DNA of 64,000 nt from Cyanophora paradoxa CCMP329. Lineage: Eukaryota; Plantae; Glaucophyta. Under the pieces are notes generated by a model, which was given only the letters and a program-made list of their open reading frames with translations, ran no database searches and was not told the DNA's origin. This document shows, in pieces, positions 59,180 through 64,000 of this stretch. Numbering within the stretch: position 1 is the stretch's first letter; every line of letters begins with the position of its first letter. The position numbers and the translations under genes are program-made. The stretch spans positions 186,001 to 250,000 of the forward strand of contig QPMI01000601.1 in the NCBI GenBank assembly GCA_004431415.1, given 5' to 3'.

Positions 59180-60022
59180 GCCCCGCCGCGCTCTAGATCT
59201 CTCTCTGCGTCTTTTCATTCTCACGCACCACCAAGTCGTTTTGTTGCCCCGCCGCGCCGCCGCGCCGGAGTCGCGGCCACGCTGACAAGCTTAAGCGCGC
59301 GAGTCCCTGCGGAGCAGGAGTGGCCTGGAGTTGATTTATAAATTTAAACGTGATCATCGGATACTAGTAGTGGCCAGTGGGGGTTCTTTTTCTAGGTCTT
59401 CGACTCGCGCTCGCCCCCCGCTCGTCTCAGGATGTGCAAGGTGGGGTCTAAATAATAGAGACAGCATCTAGATCTGCAGCTGCAGCTAACTTAGTAACGC
59501 TCGATCTCGCAGCAGGACAGATTTAGACAATCCGACGGGTAGCAAGGGGGGATATTAAAAGCAGCTGATTATTTAAAATTTGAATGCAATTTTGAGCCCT
59601 GGATATACCCGACCATCCCTCCTGCCGTGGCCCAGCTGCAGTGGGGGGGGCCGTGTCTTAACGATAGAGTACTGTGGGGCCGAGAGGCCTCATCCCTCCT
59701 GGCCATGGAACCCTAGGCCTGGATATAGTAACAGTAGTACAATGAACTATAGTACCTTTTCACCACAGTACCAGGCCAGGCTGGGAAATTGCAACTCGGC
59801 GGCCGACGCTTACCTTTTGCTGCCAAATTTGACATTTGGGACCTGCGAACTACGGCTGGTCTGAGCTTGGAGAAGCAAAAAAATGCCACTGGAAACCTTG
59901 CCCAATGGTATATTTGTCCATTTCATTTGTTGAGTAGTAAAAAAACATTCGGTTCCAGCCCGCATAGTACTGTGGTTTCGTGTACCCATGGGACCCTTTC
60001 GCTGGCGGAAAACGCCAATCGT

Positions 60023-60196
60023 TTACTACAGCGAGTCGAGTCAAAAAGCTTCAGTCTGAAACTCGGGCGATTTCGTGATTGGTCAATTTAAATCAAATTG
60101 GCTGGGTATGTCATAATTGCTTACTACGGCGAGTCGAGTCAAAAAGCCCCATGCAGTCGGAAACTCGAGCGATTTCGTGATTGGTCAATTTAAATC
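60023..60196. repeat. Imperfect ~72-bp direct duplication (60023-60094, 60121-60196)
   Basis: TTACTAC.GCGAGTCGAGTCAAAAAGC...GAAACTCG.GCGATTTCGTGATTGGTCAATTTAAATC occurs twice. Confidence 0.85.
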
Positions 60197-60219
60197 GATG
60201 GACTTATATATATATAGCT

Positions 60220-60510
60220 CACAGCTCGTTTTTTTTTAACCGGTCGACCCAAGTTCACCCAACACGGCTGAAAACCGGTTAAAATGAAATCGCTCTTCGG
60301 CTACATATGCATGGGTTGGCTGGGAACGCGGGCGCCGGCTAGCCCGGCTAGCACTTATCTACCCGGAAGCTTGCCGGCTACACGCTGACGTTGGCGCACT
60401 AGCCGGCTCGAAGCGGGTGAAAAGTTATCGCGATCGCCGGCTGCCCTAGGCCTTGCCCATACGTATACAACGGGCATGTCGAGTCGATTGGGAAAACAAA
60501 ACGAGCTGTG
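60220..60510. mobile_element. 291-bp MITE, CACTA/EnSpm-like termini
   Basis: TIR CACAGCTCGTTTT...AAAACGAGCTGTG (17/18 match), flanked by CT on both sides (2-bp TSD). Confidence 0.6.
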
Positions 60511-61138
60511 CTGTACGGTCTGTACCCAGCTAGCAAGCGGGGGGGGTGCGGGGGGGGCGGAGCCCCCCCTGCTTGTACTAGTAGACGTCGACCTCGAGGC
60601 TCGAGCACCGCGGCCGATGGCGCGATCGATATCGCGAGGCCTCCGAGTCTTCGAGCTCTAAACTTTTTTTTTGAAACCGCCGGGCCGTCGCCGGGCGACG
60701 CCGGCCCGGCCCGGCCCGTGACTCAACTTCACTCAAGGGCCGACAGAATCCGCAAGCTTAATTCAATGGCTAGTAAAAGCTCTACATGCTTGCATTCGAG
60801 CGTCATAGCAGCATGCAATCCATGGCTATGGCGATCGTAGAGCTAGCGGTCGCGATCGTGGAGTTGCTTCCAGGACTATGGGCCCATACAACGCCGTACC
60901 GCAGTGTCAGTGGTAATGCACTCGAAAAACGATTCTTATGCTCAGAGTTCGGACTTTCCAGAGAGCATTTGGGAGGAAAGGGGGGCCAGGGCGGGCCTTG
61001 TCGGCCCTTGTGCGGCGAAGTTGTGCCGCGCGCCTTGCGCTGCAGCCTGCCAGCCTGGCAGGCTGCAGGCCCTGAGGCCGCTCACGCTACGAGTTTTTTG
61101 GACCGGCGGATCTTCGCGCCATACAAACCGGATCCGAG

Positions 61139-62028
61139 TAGGGCTGTCGTCAGTCACTGACAGTCACAGTCAGAGGGTCTGACTGACCTCACTGGGTCAG
61201 CTTTTGGCTGACTGACGTTTTCTCAGTCCCATACAACACCCTGCTGGGAGCGTGCCCCCCTGCGGGCTTTTTCCATCTAAAGCTGACGTGGGTCGACCAA
61301 AAAATGATCTTCTGTCGTCGAAATCTTCAAAAGACCGCCCATGTGCATGGTAAGAGGCTAATGGAGTCTGACGTGCGCCTGGCGGGGGCCGAATCTCCTT
61401 TTCTCGTCCTTTCTGCTCGCATAACGTGCCTGGCCTGATGCTTGGCAACTTGAATGAAGTAGATAGATCGCGCTTGGGTCAATTCCTGCCAATTTCCTGG
61501 TCATTTTTCCCGGCTTTTGCACGGTAGCCTGACTAGGGTTGGTGAATTTCATGAAATTCAAAAATTTGGCGTTGAAACTGAAAGTCGACCCTTTGAAAGC
61601 TTTGAAAATTCAATTGAAATTTCAATCCGCAGTGCAGCACTTGCAGAGACCCTACGCACTTCGGAGAGTCTCTTTCACTCTAGATTGTCTCTAATCGACT
61701 TCAGTCTCACTCTCTGAGTCTCTTTACGGACTGGGAGGGCTCCTGGGAAGGCTGGAGGGGCTGGGATTCCTGGGAAGGGGGAGCTGCAACGAGGGTGCGA
61801 AAACGGCGAAATTCAATATATTTTATTATTTTTATATTCTATTTCAATGCAATTTCAACGGGCGGCGTTGAAATTGAAATTGAATTTTCAATTTCAATGC
61901 AATTTCAATGGCTTGAAATTTCAAGCTGCCAACCCTAAGCCTGACTGAACCTCGGGTTGACTGATTCAGTCACAGTCAGGGGGGCTGACGGACTGGGTCA
62001 GCCGGGGGACTGACTGACGACAGCACTA
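61139..62028. mobile_element. Non-autonomous hAT element
   Basis: TIR TAGGGCTGTCGTCAGTC / GACTGACGACAGCACTA, 8-bp TSD GATCCGAG (61131-61138, 62029-62036), CAGTC/GACTG subterminal repeats. Confidence 0.92.
61534..61937. mobile_element. Nested non-autonomous hAT element (404 bp)
   Basis: TIR TAGGGTTGG / CCAACCCTA, 8-bp TSD AGCCTGAC (61526-61533, 61938-61945), TTGAAATT subterminal repeats. Confidence 0.92.
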
Positions 62029-62570
62029 GATCCGAGTCAAGTTGATTGACTAAACTCGGCCGAGTTGCTAGACTCGTCCCGGTGTCCGAGTCAAATTAGT
62101 ACGGGCCGGTCCCGAGTCTAGCAACTCGGTGAAGATCTGATTGGACACTGAAGATCTTCGAAGATCTCCCGGAAAACTATTTGATTGGCCAGCCTTGATT
62201 TGATATATACCTAGACTCGATATTCGTTGATGTATAATAATATAGCACGCGGAATATACCAGAGCACTGACTGCCATTCGGCATACTAGGAGCATACTCG
62301 GTACCGGACAGAATCTGCCAGCTCGAGGCCAGGCCCAGTCAGCCGTTACTAACCGACAATGCCAGCGCCTGTGGGGCCCGCCGAGTTCTTGCGAAGATTT
62401 GGACCCCCAAAGAACTCGTAGCGTCAGAATCCTCAGATTGCGAGTTCCAGTGGCTGGCAGTTTTTTCCCGGCCCGGGGGCGCGCCGACGCGGCGCGGTTG
62501 CTGCCGCAGTGCTCGAGCTAGGCTGCTGCCTGCAGCTGCAGCTGCAGCCTGCAGGCTGCAGCAGCTACTA

Positions 62571-62684
62571 CCGTGTAACACTATATTATGACGGTCAAAT
62601 TATGTCGTTATAAAACTGGACCCTTCTCTTGGTGAAATATGACGGTCCCAAATTATGTCGTCATGAAATTTTCAGGCTTGTCGA
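62571..62684. mobile_element. Possible left end of a Tc1/pogo-like element
   Basis: TA|CCGTG start and an internal direct repeat ATGACGGTC(CC)AAATTATGTCGT x2; interrupted at 62685. No partner end seen. Confidence 0.35.
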
Positions 62685-62830
62685 TAGGGCTCCGGCCCGG
62701 GTCCTAAAACCTGGACCCGCGACCCGCGGGTCGGGTCGACCCCCTGACCCGTGACCCACGGGTCCGACCCGGGTCGCTGGGGGGGGTACCGGTTGCGCCG
62801 AAAAACCGCTAAAAAAACACGGGTTCGCTT
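62685..62830. mobile_element. Left end of another hAT-like element (extends rightwards)
   Basis: Starts TAGGGCT with dense GACCC/GGGTC subterminal motifs. The right TIR (expected TSD CTTGTCGA) is not in the window. Confidence 0.55.
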
Positions 62831-63647
62831 CCGACAGAGACATTTCTGTCAGCGGCGCCCCGAACTCGGCCGGCAGCCAGTTGAGCGGCGCGGTCTTAGT
62901 CTTGCGGTTGCTCGGTTGGCTTCATAGCTATCGTGTGCATCATCCTCGTCGGCCCCCGTACTTTCTCTGGCGCAGCTCGGGTCGACGGCGTTTTGTGTGC
63001 CAGGTGCGACGCAGCCTTCGGCGTCCTCCTGAATCACTGGATCGATGTCAGGGCTAATGGCGCGCGCTCTTGGCCTCCCGCTGCGCGTTCCCGTGCAGGT
63101 CGCGCAGCGGCCGCGCCGCTGATCATGATCGGACCGCGAGGGCGGCTAGAACATGCATGCAACATTGGAGCATTGCAGCAGGATGCTCTTCCATGAGTCC
63201 AGCGAAGGCCGGCTCTCCATTGCCGGCCGCCGAGCGAAGGTGCGGCGCCGGCGGCCGCGCCCCGCGGGAGTCTTGCCACGTGCGCCCTCCCTGCTGACTC
63301 TACGCTCTTTGTAGCCACACTACGCTCCCGCGGCGCGCCGCGGGCGGCGAGCGCGCCTCGCCGTAACCGAGACCAGCTGCAGGCGCCGCGGCGCGGCTGG
63401 ACTACGGCCGAGCCAAGGTGCGGCGGCCGCGGGGCGCGGCCGCGGGCGCCGCGCGCGCTTCCGCGCGCTTTGGGCCGATGTATTCTCCTTCGCAGCGGGC
63501 GCTGGCAGCCCGGCGCCTTCGCAGCGGGTGCTTCGCAGCTGCGACTGCCTTTCGAAGCTCGGCGACTGCGGCTTCCGACTCCTTGAGCTGCAGAGAATTT
63601 TATGTGTAATTCAGTAACGGCCGCGCGGGAGCTCGAGGCCTGCAGAT

Positions 63648-64000
63648 CTAGATAGCGCTAGCGCTGCAACTTGTTCTGGATCTCACCTCTTCCTCGGTGG
63701 AGCCCAGCTTGATCTCGAGGTCGCGTACCTGCTGCGCATGCTCCGTCTTGAGCTTCTTAACTGCCTCCTTCTGCGCGAGTTCTAGCTCGCCCTTCAAGTG
63801 TTCCAGCTCTTCTTCCTTCAAGGCGCGCTCCTTCGACAACTTCTCCTCGACCTGCCATGTACAGCGGATATTTATAAATTAAATCGACGCGCCGCCCGCG
63901 CATCACGGGGTCGCGCGGGGAGTCGCGCGCACCTCGCGCACTTGCTGCTTCCATTCTGCCTCCGTCAATTCCTTTTCCCTGCCCTTCTTCACCAGGATCG
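63648..64000 (-). CDS. Partial coiled-coil protein (spliced, runs off the window)
   Basis: ILVKKGREKELTEAE..VEEKLSKERALKEEELEHLKGELELAQKEAVKKLKTEHAQQVRDLEIKL. Confidence 0.5.

Noticed and set aside
1685-59285. Hundreds of long Arg/Pro/Gly/Ala-rich six-frame ORFs
   Set aside because: Expected from very high GC content and stop-poor introns; they overlap real spliced genes in other frames.
59762-59976. MITE bounded by ACCACAGTAC / GTACTGTGGT
   Set aside because: Only 10 bp of perfect inverted match and no convincing TSD.

Overview
GC-rich, intron-dense eukaryotic (algal/protist-type) genomic DNA; the style recalls glaucophyte or haptophyte genomes, but this is a guess. Most six-frame ORFs are GC-shadow artefacts. 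The real host genes are multi-exon, with ~55-110 bp introns that very often use GC donors. They encode an unknown membrane protein, a GT4 glycosyltransferase, an MFS transporter, a DnaJ protein, a multipass membrane protein, a SLIP-GC/dynamin-like GTPase, an F-box protein, a TmcB/C-like membrane-TPR protein, a probable F-box-LRR-ankyrin fusion, a DUF89 phosphatase and a tandem NmrA protein. Mobile DNA includes: the end of an AT-rich Polinton/virophage-type element with an rve integrase (1-~1125); two oppositely oriented Helitron2-like elements with shared ends but unrelated cargo (2989-4335, 8433-9712); a 146-bp retrocopy with an 11-bp TSD; a recent tyrosine-recombinase retrotransposon (30753-36623); and nested hAT/CACTA-like MITEs (60-63 kb). 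The strongest leads are (1) the YR retrotransposon, built as two modules with identical ends (X-gag-Y / X-pol-YR-Y) and carrying a Gag with a signal-peptide-like N-terminus; (2) a pervasive signature of alternating triplet/reverse-complement arrays in non-coding DNA; and (3) the cargo-swapping Helitron2-like pair. Exon structures were read by eye and host gene ends are approximate.
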